Source of the DNA: Gemmatimonadota bacterium
GTDB lineage: Bacteria; Gemmatimonadota; Gemmatimonadetes; Longimicrobiales; Gaopeijiaceae
Direction of reading: 5' to 3'
Length of the DNA: 64,000 bases
NCBI GenBank assembly: GCA_028875075.1
Contig: JAPPGF010000009.1
Span: forward strand, 86,492-150,491
Positions 10,301-19,314 of this stretch are shown here, piece after piece (within the stretch, counting starts at the first letter, position 1; the number at the start of each line of letters is the position of its first letter). The notes beneath the pieces were generated by a model. It did not search any database. It worked only from the letters and a program-made list of their open reading frames with translations, and had not been told where the DNA came from. Both the position numbers and the translations under genes were made by a program.

Positions 10301-10680
10301 CCCGCGGTCACGGTGACGGTCTCCGACGCCGAGCGGTATCCGAAGCGCTCGACGATGAGGGTCTGCCTTCCCGGCGGCACGTTCGCGAGCAGGAACTGGC
10401 CGCTCCCGTCCGTGAGGGCGCCGAGGCCGGGACCCTCCAGGTACACCTGCGCGGAGACGAGCGGTCGGCCGGAGCCTTCCTCGGTAACGCGACCCGTGAC
10501 GACGCCACCCTGCTGGGCCCCGAGGGCCGGCGGGGCCGCCAGGCCGGCCGCGAGCAGGAGCGCGGCCAGAGGCCGCCGGGCGGCGCGCACTTGGCCTCGC
10601 GGTCCGCGGGGCTTCCGGGACTGCCACGGAGCCGACCGGTTCTCCGAGGGGTTACGCGGTTTTCTGTTTCCGTTCGGCAT
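7327..10680 (-). CDS. SusC/RagA-type TonB-dependent receptor with CarboxypepD_reg-like N-terminal domain
   Basis: GVVTGRVTEEGSGRPLVSAQVYLEG...GRQTLIVERFGYRS (CarboxypepD_reg). Plug region DEIVVTGTG...IRIRGSASL...PIVYLDGVRVD...IERIEILKGAAAATLYG. Long beta-barrel. ATG 10680 (GAGGG upstream) preferred; ATG 10704 possible. Confidence 0.85.
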   Translation of the reverse strand: MPNGNRKPRNPSENRSAPWQSRKPRGPRGQVRAARRPLAALLLAAGLAAPPALGAQQGGVVTGRVTEEGSGRPLVSAQVYLEGPGLGALTDGSGQFLLANVPPGRQTLIVERFGYRSASETVTVTAGEATSVDFAIAVAALALDEIVVTGTGVATEKRKLGHTIATLDAAELESAPIADFSQLIAGREPGVVALPSSGYTGEGARIRIRGSASLSQLNEPIVYLDGVRVDRSAIQNFNDQGNPSRLDDIPPESIERIEILKGAAAATLYGTEASNGVIQIFTKRGDIGAPRFTFQADVTGVSVPTDRILPLADFAGRACETPGCAGEGDEQRLSDAVRLMSGRWGEPVEPFRPVVRDVIPDLLGTGFAQSYSGSVSGGSDVFQYFVSARLSREDGPYDAPRNFEPVEGLEPANDTNRRASLHTNFTVVPSSELSIGVSMLYSDMEHHTPNNANSVYGVFSSSLMSQLRKANADPDQGQVNFYGQPAFATLRENTYELNFVNAQHFAGSATVGFTPTQSFRLDGTFGLDFTSDDAVSFRPYGWNVDGFSGSTPDGSREVNEDRSREITADVKGSYVFRTDRVENTFLFGGQGFLKQRQSVGGDGRDFPGPGLETLSALGSESSYERWLRVTQIGGYLQDQIGLDDWLFLTVGGRWDANSAFGDSFSAAFYPKANAAMVPSELWESETFSSLRVKAAFGTSGLQPGAFDKSTTFTSLGTVLGPGIGPSNLGNDQLKPEVSKEWEFGLDLGLLDDAWSVEATYWRRTVADALVPRQFPVTGGFTKKQLDNIGEVKARGFELGARGTLIRRPGLSLRVFANTAYLSEEITDMGGAPPLKTGESYPRYRNFLTEGYAPGAFFGARLADLDVPLNILDPAGGECVPPTREQALRYFAEPRDPNDFKPLALGHETFGTPNGALASHNCGTGLLDSYLGEPTPDFAGSFGFDLAFLNSFELGSLFEYKFGHQVLDLSGTFRRANDVIGRNTPRSAELYAAMLDPATSAEHRLDAALAWVHEMEGLSPMSGMNGVYDADWIQWRELSLTYRVPAGVVEAWGVATAALSLGVRNLKLFMLGDYPGMDPEGNVLGRCNDGLDCNFLDSTEGWGIPTPRRFTLSTRFTL

Positions 10681-11298
10681 GGCGCTGATGGCCCTCGCTC
10701 GCATCAGTCTAGCCGCGGTGCGGTCAGCGGCTCCACATCGAGTGCGACGTAGCCCGGCTTCTCCGGGTCTCCAACCACTCTCGTACGCTTCGGGGTCGAG
10801 GTGGCGAGGCTGGATGCCGCGGCACCAGCGGTCCCAGGCACCGAAGGCCACCCCCGCGGGTGCGACAACTGTGGGCGTCTCCCGCCCTACGTTACTTGAA
10901 CGGGATCACGCCCCGCCGGATCACCGCTGCCGATTCCGAGTCAGATAATGGCGCTCCGGCGGCTGCCGATTGATCGCGTCCAGCTCGCCACTGGCTCTCA
11001 GGACGCGGACAGGGCCACCCCTCCACTCGGCACGGCGTCATCCGAGGCGCATTCGTCTCGGACGAGCGGCTACCGGCCATCCCTGAGCACTCTCCACGCC
11101 GTCCACCGGTGCTTGGACGCCTCGGGTTCGTCGGACGCGAAGCTCTTCAGGATAGGCGCGTCCCCGAAGAGTACCGCAGACCTGGCGCACAAAGCCCGAT
11201 CCGGTACACCTGGTGACGGGTCATCTCACCCGGAGCGGGCGTCGCCCGGAATCGTTGTTCGATCTCCGCATGCAGACGACTCTCCGCCTAGCGGGCGG

Positions 11299-12477
11299 TC
11301 ACGGAGCCCGGATCTCGACGGAGAATCGGGTACCATCCCAATCGAGGTGGAGCATGCCTGCATCAGCCGTCTCCTCAAGGGAGATGGTGAAGCGCTCGAC
11401 CACCTCCGGCAGCGACGACCGGCTCATCTCCACCGTTTGGAAGTCGTTGTCCGGGTTGTAGGCCGTGCCCCACTGCCCTGTTTCTTGGTTGATGATCAGC
11501 TGCTGCGAGTCCGGCGTAAACGTCGACCAGAGCGTATAGCTGCCGGCGGGCACCTCCGCGCCCCCGATCACCAGGTCCTGGTCCGTTGTGAAGACCGTGG
11601 CCGCGTTGGCTCCGGTCCGCCACACCTCCCCATAGGGTACGAGGCCTCCCCAAATCTCACGGCCCCGCTTGGCCGGCTGGGAGTACGAGATCTCGATATT
11701 GGCACCGCGCAGGTTTGCTTCTGTAGTGGCTGACGGTGAGGCGACCCCGATGCCCTCACCTTGGGCGTCGCGGGTGGCCCACGCCGACGCCAGGGCGTCC
11801 ACATCCAGCGTCGCCGCGCTCTCGGTGACGATATCCACGGTCGTCGCGCTGCCGTCGGTTCCGAGGATGTTGCCGTCCGCGTCGGCCCAAGCCAGCACAG
11901 GCGCGCCGAAGACGCTGATGGCCACGGTATCCCCGGCAAGCTGGGAGACGGCGTTGTTGACGGGTTGCGGACGAGTCGGGTATACGAGTTCCACAGGGAC
12001 TTCGGGTTCGCCCGCGGCGCGGGCCTGCCGGATCGCCTGCTCGAAGGCGAACATCGCCATGCTAGAGCGGCCCAGCGTGGGGATTGCTCCAGGCCCCACA
12101 TCAAAGGAGTTCGTGCCCGGGTTCTCTCCACCGGTGCGCTCGACCGTGGCCGTTCCACCCTCGATGGATGCCGTCCACGACTGAGGGCCCGGACCCTCCG
12201 GGTTCTCGGCGGGCGTACTCCTCTCGGCCTGGAGGCGCGAGATGGTCCCGTCAGGGTTCAACGTCGCGGTGTAGGTAATCCGATGAGTGTAGGGCATGCG
12301 GCTGACCAGCCGACCTTCGATGCCCGTCTCCGTCCGGGTAAACGTCTCAACTGTGATCGTGTCGTCTCCGAGCCTGGAGACGAACCCAGGCGTCCCAGGA
12401 TCTGCTGCCTCGCAGCCTAGACCAAACACCGCCAGGACCATGGTCGCCCAGCTCGGAATCCTCGTTGATCGTGACAT
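11299..12477 (-). CDS. Lipoprotein with C-terminal DUF2911-like domain
   Basis: Signal and lipobox MVLAVFGLG|C. C-terminal block ISYSQPAKRGREIWGGLVPYGEVWRTGANAATVFTTDQDLVIGGAEVPAGSYTLWS is typical of DUF2911. ATG 12477 is preceded by GAGGAGGG. Confidence 0.7.
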   Translation of the reverse strand: MSRSTRIPSWATMVLAVFGLGCEAADPGTPGFVSRLGDDTITVETFTRTETGIEGRLVSRMPYTHRITYTATLNPDGTISRLQAERSTPAENPEGPGPQSWTASIEGGTATVERTGGENPGTNSFDVGPGAIPTLGRSSMAMFAFEQAIRQARAAGEPEVPVELVYPTRPQPVNNAVSQLAGDTVAISVFGAPVLAWADADGNILGTDGSATTVDIVTESAATLDVDALASAWATRDAQGEGIGVASPSATTEANLRGANIEISYSQPAKRGREIWGGLVPYGEVWRTGANAATVFTTDQDLVIGGAEVPAGSYTLWSTFTPDSQQLIINQETGQWGTAYNPDNDFQTVEMSRSSLPEVVERFTISLEETADAGMLHLDWDGTRFSVEIRAP

Positions 12478-12725
12478 CCGGCCCTCCTCATGTTCAGCAC
12501 GCCTGGCTCGGTTCGAACCCCTCATCCTTCCCCCGGATCTGTATGGTAAGACAAGCGGGCGAAAGACGCGATGGACCGATGACGGCGGTCGGAGGAGAGG
12601 TGCCGGCATAGGCCCTTGGCGTCGGTGCGGGCGGGGAGGAAGCCGGGGGACAACCGGGTATCGCCCGGCAATCCGCCCGGCCATGCCCGGATTCGGTCCC
12701 GCCCCTCGCTACGGACTGTTGCCTG

Positions 12726-14312
12726 CTACCTTCCGCCGCTGGTGCTGCTCTCCGCGCCCGCGAGGAAGCGCATGGCTTCCTGATAGCCCCCGAAGGAAGT
12801 GCGTCCGGCCCACACCTGGGTGAGCTTTTCGTAGGCTTCGGTCGCCCGCTCGAGGTCACCGGTCTCTACGCTCGCGCGTGCCAAGCCGAGCAATGAGCGT
12901 GGGCGGTTCGGCATGCGCATCAGTGAGGTCTCGAACATGGCGGCGGCGTCCTCGTGGGCTCCGAAGCCCGCGAGTATCTCGCCGTACAGTTCGTGCACGG
13001 GCTTGATCGGGTTGGCGGCCCCGCGCGGGGGAGCCATCGCCTCTACGGTCTCCACCGCCTCATCCATCAGCTTCCGGGCGCCGGCTTCGTTGCCTCGGTC
13101 CGCTTCCAGCAACGCGGCCACCTGTTTGTGCATCACACCGTCGTAGCCGTCCCCGTCGGCGTCCAAGGCGGCCGCGGCCGCTTCCAACGCATCCCGCGCA
13201 CCCGTACGGGCCGCGCTCAGCCCGGTGGCGAGCAACTCATGCCCGGATGATTCGTCGGTGACCGGCAGGACCGCCCACTCCTCGGTCTCGACGATGTAGC
13301 GAGCCTTGAGCAACGGCACGGCACGGCTCGGGCGAGCCTGTCCGCCCTCGTCGGAAGGACCTCCCTCCAGGAAGCTGCCCGAGGCCATCTTCCCGATTCG
13401 CTCGATCCACAGGCGCGCCTTCTCGTAGTCCCCACGTTGAAGATCGCCGTACTGGCCCCAGTCCAGTGCGTGGGTCGCGTCGCCCATGGGGTCGCCCGGC
13501 CGCCATAGCTCACGGGCGGCGTCGTAGGCGGACTGGTTGTGTCCGGAGACGTAGTCCCACATGCCGTGCTGGATGAAGATGTGGGTCGGCATGTGGCGGG
13601 CGTGCGAGACCGCCGGCGCGATCTCCGCGAAGCGGTACGCGGCCTCGAGCGCCAACGGAGCATGGAGCGGGTCGTCAAAGGCGTGGATAGTGTAGTGAAC
13701 GGCCCCCGGATGGTCGTTGTTGTCCTTGAACAGCTTCAGGCCGATGGCTCCCGCCCGCACATTCAGGCGCCCGCTGAGGTCGTCGGTCGCGGAGGCGGCG
13801 CTCAGCATGGACAGGGAGTAGAACGCGGCGATCTCGGGATCGTCGGGATAGTCTTCGTGGAGCTGCTCCATCGCTTCCATGTACCGGACCCTGCGCTCGA
13901 CGTCATCGCCCTCGCCCCAGAGGATCTCCACGGCGTTCAGAAAGCCCTTCTCGCGATCCGTCGGCGCCTTGGCGAGGCGCTCGGCCCGGGTGGGGGCCAG
14001 TCGCTCGAGAGCCTTGCGCGGATCGGTGGCGTCCATCTGCGAGAAGAGCGGGTGGTTGTAGGCCAACGACTCTCCCCAGTACGCCATGGCGAAGTCCGGG
14101 TCGAGCTCCTGAGCGGCGTGGAATTGCTCGCGCGCCTGCAGCCAGCCGAAGCTGTGAAGGATTGCGACGCCCCGCAGGAAGCGGTCCTGAGCCTCGCCGG
14201 TCGCCGACGTGGGAAAGTCGATGACGCCCACGCTCTCGAACTGCGCACGAGCCTGGCCCGCCGTGGCGGCGAGGAGGAGGGCAGTCAACACAGCGTTTCG
14301 TAGGAGCTTCAT
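12726..14312 (-). CDS. Secreted TPR-repeat protein
   Basis: Signal peptide MKLLRNAVLTALLLAATAGQARA. Conserved N-terminal block FLRGVAILHSFGWLQAREQFHAAQELDPDFAMAYWGESLAYNHP, with TPR-like helices throughout. ATG 14312 is preceded by GGAGGAAG. Confidence 0.75.
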   Translation of the reverse strand: MKLLRNAVLTALLLAATAGQARAQFESVGVIDFPTSATGEAQDRFLRGVAILHSFGWLQAREQFHAAQELDPDFAMAYWGESLAYNHPLFSQMDATDPRKALERLAPTRAERLAKAPTDREKGFLNAVEILWGEGDDVERRVRYMEAMEQLHEDYPDDPEIAAFYSLSMLSAASATDDLSGRLNVRAGAIGLKLFKDNNDHPGAVHYTIHAFDDPLHAPLALEAAYRFAEIAPAVSHARHMPTHIFIQHGMWDYVSGHNQSAYDAARELWRPGDPMGDATHALDWGQYGDLQRGDYEKARLWIERIGKMASGSFLEGGPSDEGGQARPSRAVPLLKARYIVETEEWAVLPVTDESSGHELLATGLSAARTGARDALEAAAAALDADGDGYDGVMHKQVAALLEADRGNEAGARKLMDEAVETVEAMAPPRGAANPIKPVHELYGEILAGFGAHEDAAAMFETSLMRMPNRPRSLLGLARASVETGDLERATEAYEKLTQVWAGRTSFGGYQEAMRFLAGAESSTSGGR

Positions 14313-14526
14313 CGGATTCTTCCTCCAGTGATGGCTTCCCCGCCCGCAACCGACCTGATACCGCGGGACCCTTGGCAGCAATATGGTTCGAACTTCGTTT
14401 TGCAGGCAAAGGGAGGCTCGGCTCTCGAACCGCTCCTTGAGATGCCGACCTTGGTAGGCGGCCCAGTCCGCCATAGCATAGACCATGACGCTGTGTTGAG
14501 ATGATCTTCGACTCAGGAGAACCCGC

Positions 14527-15048
14527 ATGAAACTCGTTTCCACAACGGCAGCCGTCCTCTTGCTCGTCCTCGCCGCGCCCTCTCCAGCCCATGCGCAGTT
14601 GACGAACTCCCTGAACGGCCTCCACGACATCACCGTGACCCACCTGACGGCGACGGCGGACAAGGTGCCGGCCGACCTCTACGACTTCCGGCCCACGGAC
14701 GAAGTGCGCACGCTCGGGCAGATCCTGGCTCACGTGGCCAACTCCCAGTACGCCTTCTGTTCGGCCGCTTCCGGCCAGGACAACCCGATGTCGGAGGACC
14801 TGGAAGAGACCGCCACCACCAAGGCGCAGATCACCGCCGCTCTCGCCGACGCGTTCGCCTACTGCGACACCGTGTACGCCTCCATGAGCGACGAGCAGGC
14901 GGCGATGACAGTCAGCTTCTTCGGCGGCGACATGGCTGCCGGCGGCGTGCTCGCGTTCAATTCGATGCACAACTACGAGCACTACGGGAACCTGGTCACC
15001 TACATGCGCATCAACGGGATCGTGCCGCCCTCGTCGGCGGGCAACTGA
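14527..15048 (+). CDS. DinB-fold protein with an N-terminal Sec-type signal peptide
   Basis: MKLVSTTAAVLLLVLAAPSPAHA|Q, followed by DinB-like His-containing helices (LGQILAHVANSQY, HNYEHYGNLVTYMR). Confidence 0.75.
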   Translation: MKLVSTTAAVLLLVLAAPSPAHAQLTNSLNGLHDITVTHLTATADKVPADLYDFRPTDEVRTLGQILAHVANSQYAFCSAASGQDNPMSEDLEETATTKAQITAALADAFAYCDTVYASMSDEQAAMTVSFFGGDMAAGGVLAFNSMHNYEHYGNLVTYMRINGIVPPSSAGN

Positions 15049-15127
15049 GGTTCTACCGCCCAAACGCCCCAGGGGGACATCGTACGCATCTTCCTCGGCG
15101 CGACGATCGGCGTGTAGAGCGGTCGGC

Positions 15128-15745
15128 TCATTCGAGGTCTCGGGCTGTCGGTTCGCCGCCATGCAAGGTGTCCGGGGCGCGGCGCGGTGACCACCGTGAT
15201 CCGCCGAACTCCGCCACTTCACGCGTCGAGCGGAGCCGTACAAACCGGATGTGGGTCCAGCGGCGATCCGACATGTCCCTGACCATGTCCCTTCGTTTGC
15301 GACCGTGTTGGGTGATGATCCACGCGAGCAGTGACTGGTCCTTCGACCAGATCCTGAACTGTGCCCAGAAGCGCTCGCGATTCGTGCCCCAGATCAACTC
15401 GCCGGATCGCCAACGCTTCCATGCGCGGCGGAGGAAGCGCCAGACGACCAGTCGAAGCGGCAGGTCGAGCCAGACCACGGTATCGAGGCGCGGCCAGAAG
15501 GTACGCTGGGAGACCTTCCTGTAGGAACCTGCGACGACCCAGCGTTCCCTGCGGGTGGCCTCTCGGATCCGGCGCTCGAATTCGTCGGGATCGGCCGTGT
15601 TGAGGCCGACCCATCCCGGCTGCCAATTGATCGCGTCCAGTTCGACGAGCGGGGCGTCGAGCGCGTCTGCCAATTCCGCCGCGAGCGTGCTCTTGCCCGA
15701 GGCGCTGTTTCCTATGACGTGGATGCGCTTGCCGGCCTGCCTCAT
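15128..15745 (-). CDS. P-loop NTPase, adenylate-kinase/topology-modulation-like
   Basis: Walker A IHVIGNSASGKSTLA near the N-terminus, about 205 aa. ATG 15745 chosen (MRQAGKRIHVIG). Confidence 0.7.
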   Translation of the reverse strand: MRQAGKRIHVIGNSASGKSTLAAELADALDAPLVELDAINWQPGWVGLNTADPDEFERRIREATRRERWVVAGSYRKVSQRTFWPRLDTVVWLDLPLRLVVWRFLRRAWKRWRSGELIWGTNRERFWAQFRIWSKDQSLLAWIITQHGRKRRDMVRDMSDRRWTHIRFVRLRSTREVAEFGGSRWSPRRAPDTLHGGEPTARDLE

Positions 15746-16092
15746 CGTTGCCCTCTGGGAAAGCGATTGCGCCGGCGTCGTGCGATGCCATGAAGGGTCG
15801 GCATAGCCGGCATCCGTGACGCTACATGTTGTCTCCGTTGAGGGTCCTGGCGGTTCGCGATGTTCCGATGCCGGGCCCTCAACCAACGGGAAGCAGCCCG
15901 TCTTTGAAGACTGCCTGGTGCATGGAGTGCACGCGCGGGGCGGGCGCCGAGTGGCCTCGAAGCAGGCCCTCTCGTGGATCGCAATGCCAGGACCGCGCGT
16001 TTACGTCGCCGCCAGCCTTCCGGTGTTTCTTGAGGAACAGAAGGGCCGGCTTAGGTGAGGCGGCGAGGCGGGCGTGACGTTTCCTTGGACCC

Positions 16093-17589
16093 TCAGCCGG
16101 TCCCGTCGCCCCCGTAGACGAAGCGCTCCACTTCGCCGTGGACCCGCTCGACCGTCTCGGCGGAGGGCGGCGCCGTGACGGCGGATACGGCAACGGCCAT
16201 CGTGAAGTTCGCGGCCAGGCCCCAGAGCCCGCCGTGGATGCCCATCGGGTTCGGATCCAGCAGCAGCGCCCACCACAGGGTGGCCACGCCGGCAGCCAGC
16301 CCGGCCAGGACACCCGCCTTGCTCAGCGAGCGGCCGCCGGGGAAGCAGATCCCGACGACGGCGGGCAGCAGCTGGAGGGCGCCCGAGCCCGAGAGGTTGA
16401 TGATGCTCACCAGCAGGGCGCTCTCCTGGAGCGACAGCCAATAGGCCGCAACCAGAAGCGCCAGCACGATGCCCTGGCCGAAACGCACGTAGTGCCTCTG
16501 GCTGCGGTCGCGCACCAAGTAGCGCTGGTACACGTCGCGGGTCAGCACGGTCATGTTGGCGTGCAGGATGGAGTCCAGGGTGGACATGGCCGCGGCCGCC
16601 GCGCCGGCCAGGATCAGGCCGGTGAGCCAGGGGGGCGCGAAGTTGAAGAGCAGCTCCGGGAAGACGCGGTCGGCCTGGGCGAGGTCGGGGAGGACCAGCG
16701 CGCCCCCGAGACCCACCAGCGCTGCCGGGATATAGAGCGTCATCAGGTAGATGGGCGTGGTGGCGCCCAGCAGCTTGAGCGTCCTGCCGTCCACGGCGGT
16801 GTAGTAGCGGATCATCATGTGGGGCTGCAGGACGATGCCGAAGGAGAGCGTCATCACCATGCCCACCCAGATGCCCGGCGTGAACAGTCCTTCCGGGCCG
16901 GGCAGTGTGAGCAGCTCGGGGCGCTGATCGGTAACCGCCCGCCAGAGTTCGATGGGACCCCCGAACAGCTCGAACGAGAGCACGAGCGCGCCCACCCACA
17001 CCGCGACGTACATCCACACGCCCTGCAGGACGTCGGTCCAGTAGACGGCCCGCAGTCCCCCGATCGCCAGATGTACCGCCGCCACCGCGAGCATCACGAA
17101 CACGCCGACCTCGAAGGAAATGCGTCCGTCCGAAGCCACCTCCACGATGTAGCCCAGCGCCAGGGCTTGCACTTGGATGTAGAGGATGGTGAAGAGGACC
17201 GAGAACAGGGCGACCGCAATCCGGACCGCCTCGGACTCGTAGAAGTCGGCCAGCATGTCCGCCGGGGTGATGTAGCCGAACGTCTTGCCCAGAGCCCAGA
17301 TGCGGGTGCCGACGACATAGGTGATGGCCCCGACCAGCACCGTCCACGCCCCAGAGGCCCAGAAACCGATGCCGTGGGTGTAGAAGAACCCGCCCGAGCC
17401 CAGGAACGCGAAGGCCGAGTGGAAAGTGGCCACCACCGTGAGGTAGAGGACGACGAAGCCGGTGCCCCGTCCGCACAGCAGGAAGTCCTCCAGGTTGACC
17501 GACAAGTGCCGGTTGGCCACCACCGCCACTCCGAGCGTCACCAACAGGTAGATGAAGATCAAGCTGGTGGTGACGACCCAGGTCTCCAT
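16093..17589 (-). CDS. Sodium:solute symporter (SSS) family transporter
   Basis: About 13 predicted TM helices with SSS-type blocks (EDFLLCGRGTGFVVLYLTVVATFHSAFAFLGSGG, WTDVLQGVWMYV). Confidence 0.85.
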   Translation of the reverse strand: METWVVTTSLIFIYLLVTLGVAVVANRHLSVNLEDFLLCGRGTGFVVLYLTVVATFHSAFAFLGSGGFFYTHGIGFWASGAWTVLVGAITYVVGTRIWALGKTFGYITPADMLADFYESEAVRIAVALFSVLFTILYIQVQALALGYIVEVASDGRISFEVGVFVMLAVAAVHLAIGGLRAVYWTDVLQGVWMYVAVWVGALVLSFELFGGPIELWRAVTDQRPELLTLPGPEGLFTPGIWVGMVMTLSFGIVLQPHMMIRYYTAVDGRTLKLLGATTPIYLMTLYIPAALVGLGGALVLPDLAQADRVFPELLFNFAPPWLTGLILAGAAAAAMSTLDSILHANMTVLTRDVYQRYLVRDRSQRHYVRFGQGIVLALLVAAYWLSLQESALLVSIINLSGSGALQLLPAVVGICFPGGRSLSKAGVLAGLAAGVATLWWALLLDPNPMGIHGGLWGLAANFTMAVAVSAVTAPPSAETVERVHGEVERFVYGGDGTG

Positions 17590-17602
17590 CAGCGGATCGC
17601 CC

Positions 17603-17833
17603 CTACAGCCCTTGCCGGTAGGCCCAGATCAGCACGCCGATGAGCAACGAATAGACCACGAAGAGCGCGACGTAGAAGAACGGGATGCCCAGGACGATCG
17701 GCTCGATCCGGTTGAGCGCGGTGTGCGTCACCGGCGGCATTGCGAGCATGAAGAGCGCGACGAAGGCGACGACGGCGATGCGTCCGTTTCGCGTGCGCGG
17801 CCAGAGGATACGGGGAGGGTCGGGCCTGGGCAT
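17603..17833 (-). CDS. Small two-TM protein (DUF3311-like) preceding the SSS transporter
   Basis: A 76-aa ORF ending 13 nt before the symporter start. It has two hydrophobic helices (IAVVAFVALFMLAMPP, GIPFFYVALFVVYSLLIGVLIW). This pairing with SSS genes is typical. Confidence 0.65.
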   Translation of the reverse strand: MPRPDPPRILWPRTRNGRIAVVAFVALFMLAMPPVTHTALNRIEPIVLGIPFFYVALFVVYSLLIGVLIWAYRQGL

Positions 17834-18014
17834 GGCGGGCAAAGTGCCCGCGAAGCACGCGGCGGACAAGCGCGCCCGCCTCCTCGTACGCCCCCCAGGT
17901 GTACTGCAACCGCCCCTAGCGGTCGTACATGGGCAACCGGTTCGAGGCCCGGTCGAGCGCCTGTCCCTGTACAAGGCTCCGGGGCTCAGGTGGTTCGTCT
18001 GGTGAATTGGTGTT

Positions 18015-18293
18015 ATGGTGCAATCATTCGAGGACTTCGACCCGGACGAAGACATGCCCCGTCTCACCATCAGTCTTAGCGCCCCCACGCACCGCGCCCT
18101 GAAGGAAGCCTCGGCGCGACAGGGCCGTTCGATGGGTGCGATCATCGAGGAAAGCCTCGAGCTTAGAGGTGTCCGGCCGATCGACACGGCAAGGGACATC
18201 GTCGCCCGCGCCCGCGCGCAGGCCCGACTGGACGCCGATGAAGCCACGGCCGTCGCGGTTCGGGAGACGAGGCTACACCGTCAGGGACGGTAG
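18015..18293 (+). CDS. Ribbon-helix-helix (CopG-like) antitoxin
   Basis: PRLTISLSAPTHRALKEASARQGRSMGAIIEESL is an RHH-type beta-strand plus two helices. It lies directly upstream of the PIN gene. ATG 18015 or ATG 18054. Confidence 0.65.
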   Translation: MVQSFEDFDPDEDMPRLTISLSAPTHRALKEASARQGRSMGAIIEESLELRGVRPIDTARDIVARARAQARLDADEATAVAVRETRLHRQGR

Positions 18294-18337
18294 ACTGATC
18301 CGCTGATCGGGGCGGCGACCGGCACCGGACTGCGCCG

Positions 18338-18766
18338 ATGACGCTGCCCGTATTCGTCGTGGACGCGAACGTGATCGTGTCGGCGCTGATCGGTTCCGAT
18401 TCGAAGGCTCCCCCGGCGCGGATTCTGGAAGCCATGCTGGACGGGAGCCTCCTGTACCTCATGTCCGGCGACCTTCTCGCCGAATACGCGTCGGTTTTGC
18501 GGCGTCCCCGCCTCGTTCGGCTTCACGGGCGATCGGAAGAAGAGATCGACCGGCTGCTGGTTGAACTGACGGGGAATGCGATCTGGCGCGAGGCACCCGC
18601 AGGCGACACGGCCCCGGACGCCAACGACAACCACCTCTGGGCTCTACTGGCCAGCTGGGCCGGAAGCCGCCTCGTCACGGGGGATCGCGGTCTGGTCGAG
18701 GGCGCTTCGGCGGGGAGGCTCGCGCTGAGCCCTCGTGACTTCGTGAACCTCCACAAGAGCCGATAG
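18338..18766 (+). CDS. PIN-domain toxin (VapC-like)
   Basis: N-terminal VFVVDANVIVSALIG (first acidic residue), LLAEY..., C-terminal DNHLWALL...RLVTGDRGL. These are typical PIN acidic-residue positions. Confidence 0.8.
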   Translation: MTLPVFVVDANVIVSALIGSDSKAPPARILEAMLDGSLLYLMSGDLLAEYASVLRRPRLVRLHGRSEEEIDRLLVELTGNAIWREAPAGDTAPDANDNHLWALLASWAGSRLVTGDRGLVEGASAGRLALSPRDFVNLHKSR

Positions 18767-19063
18767 ATGCCCTACGTGGCGAGCGGGGGCTGCCGCAAGA
18801 CAGAGGCTGGTTCGCGGCCCGTGTTGTGGCCGTCAGGCGACGACGCTCTCAGAGCTGCTTTCCGGGCGCTGACGCCCGGGCGGCAACGCGGCTACGTGTT
18901 CCATTTCTCCGCCGCCAAGCGGTCGACGACGCGGGCCCAGCGGATCGAGTGCAGCTCTGGTCGCCGTCTCGGCGGCGCTGGTCAGGCGGGCAGGGGACAT
19001 AGCCCTTGTCAGGGCGGCTATGGAAGCGCTCGGGCTGACCCGGAAGAAGGGACGGGGTTATAA
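18767..19063 (+). pseudogene. YdeI/OmdA-like C-terminal fragment (possibly a short intact ORF)
   Basis: LRAAFRALTPGRQRGYVFHFSAAKRSTTRAQRIE resembles the C-terminal OmdA block of YdeI-family proteins, and the N-terminal about 100 aa of that family are absent. The ATG abuts the PIN TAG stop. Confidence 0.4.
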
Positions 19064-19080
19064 CTCCCGATCGGGGGTTA
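19061..19080 (+). terminator. Stem-loop overlapping the stop codon of the PIN/YdeI-like unit
   Basis: TAACTCCC-GATC-GGGGGTTA (8-bp stem with one G-U), followed by an AT-rich patch GCAATATCTTGTTATCTC. Confidence 0.3.
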
Positions 19081-19289
19081 GCAATATCTTGTTATCTCAT
19101 TGATACCAAGTCTTTTGGGACATATGATCTCATGTATACGATGACCTGATCCGGCCGTATCCCGACCAGTACCGGCTCGTGAACGATTGGGGTAGCGTAC
19201 CTGGCCGACAAGAAGCGCGACCTGGAGGCCGGACCGGTCGGCTGGTCTGCCGTCTTCGTCTCAGCACGGCCCAACCCTCGCGCTTTGAC

Positions 19290-19311
19290 GTTCGGGCTTT
19301 GTAGCCCGAAC
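19290..19311 (-). terminator. Perfect 9-bp stem-loop 3 nt after the DinB gene stop
   Basis: GTTCGGGCT-TTGT-AGCCCGAAC. No U-tract, and it can form on either strand between convergent units. Confidence 0.4.
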
Positions 19312-19314
19312 GAC

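Noticed and set aside
5972-10627. 1551-aa ORF, the longest in the track
   Set aside because: Only its last 452 codons (from GTG 7330) look like a protein (SusD-like). Upstream it is an Arg/Pro/Gly/Ala-rich alternative frame of the SusC-like gene, typical of high-GC shadow ORFs.
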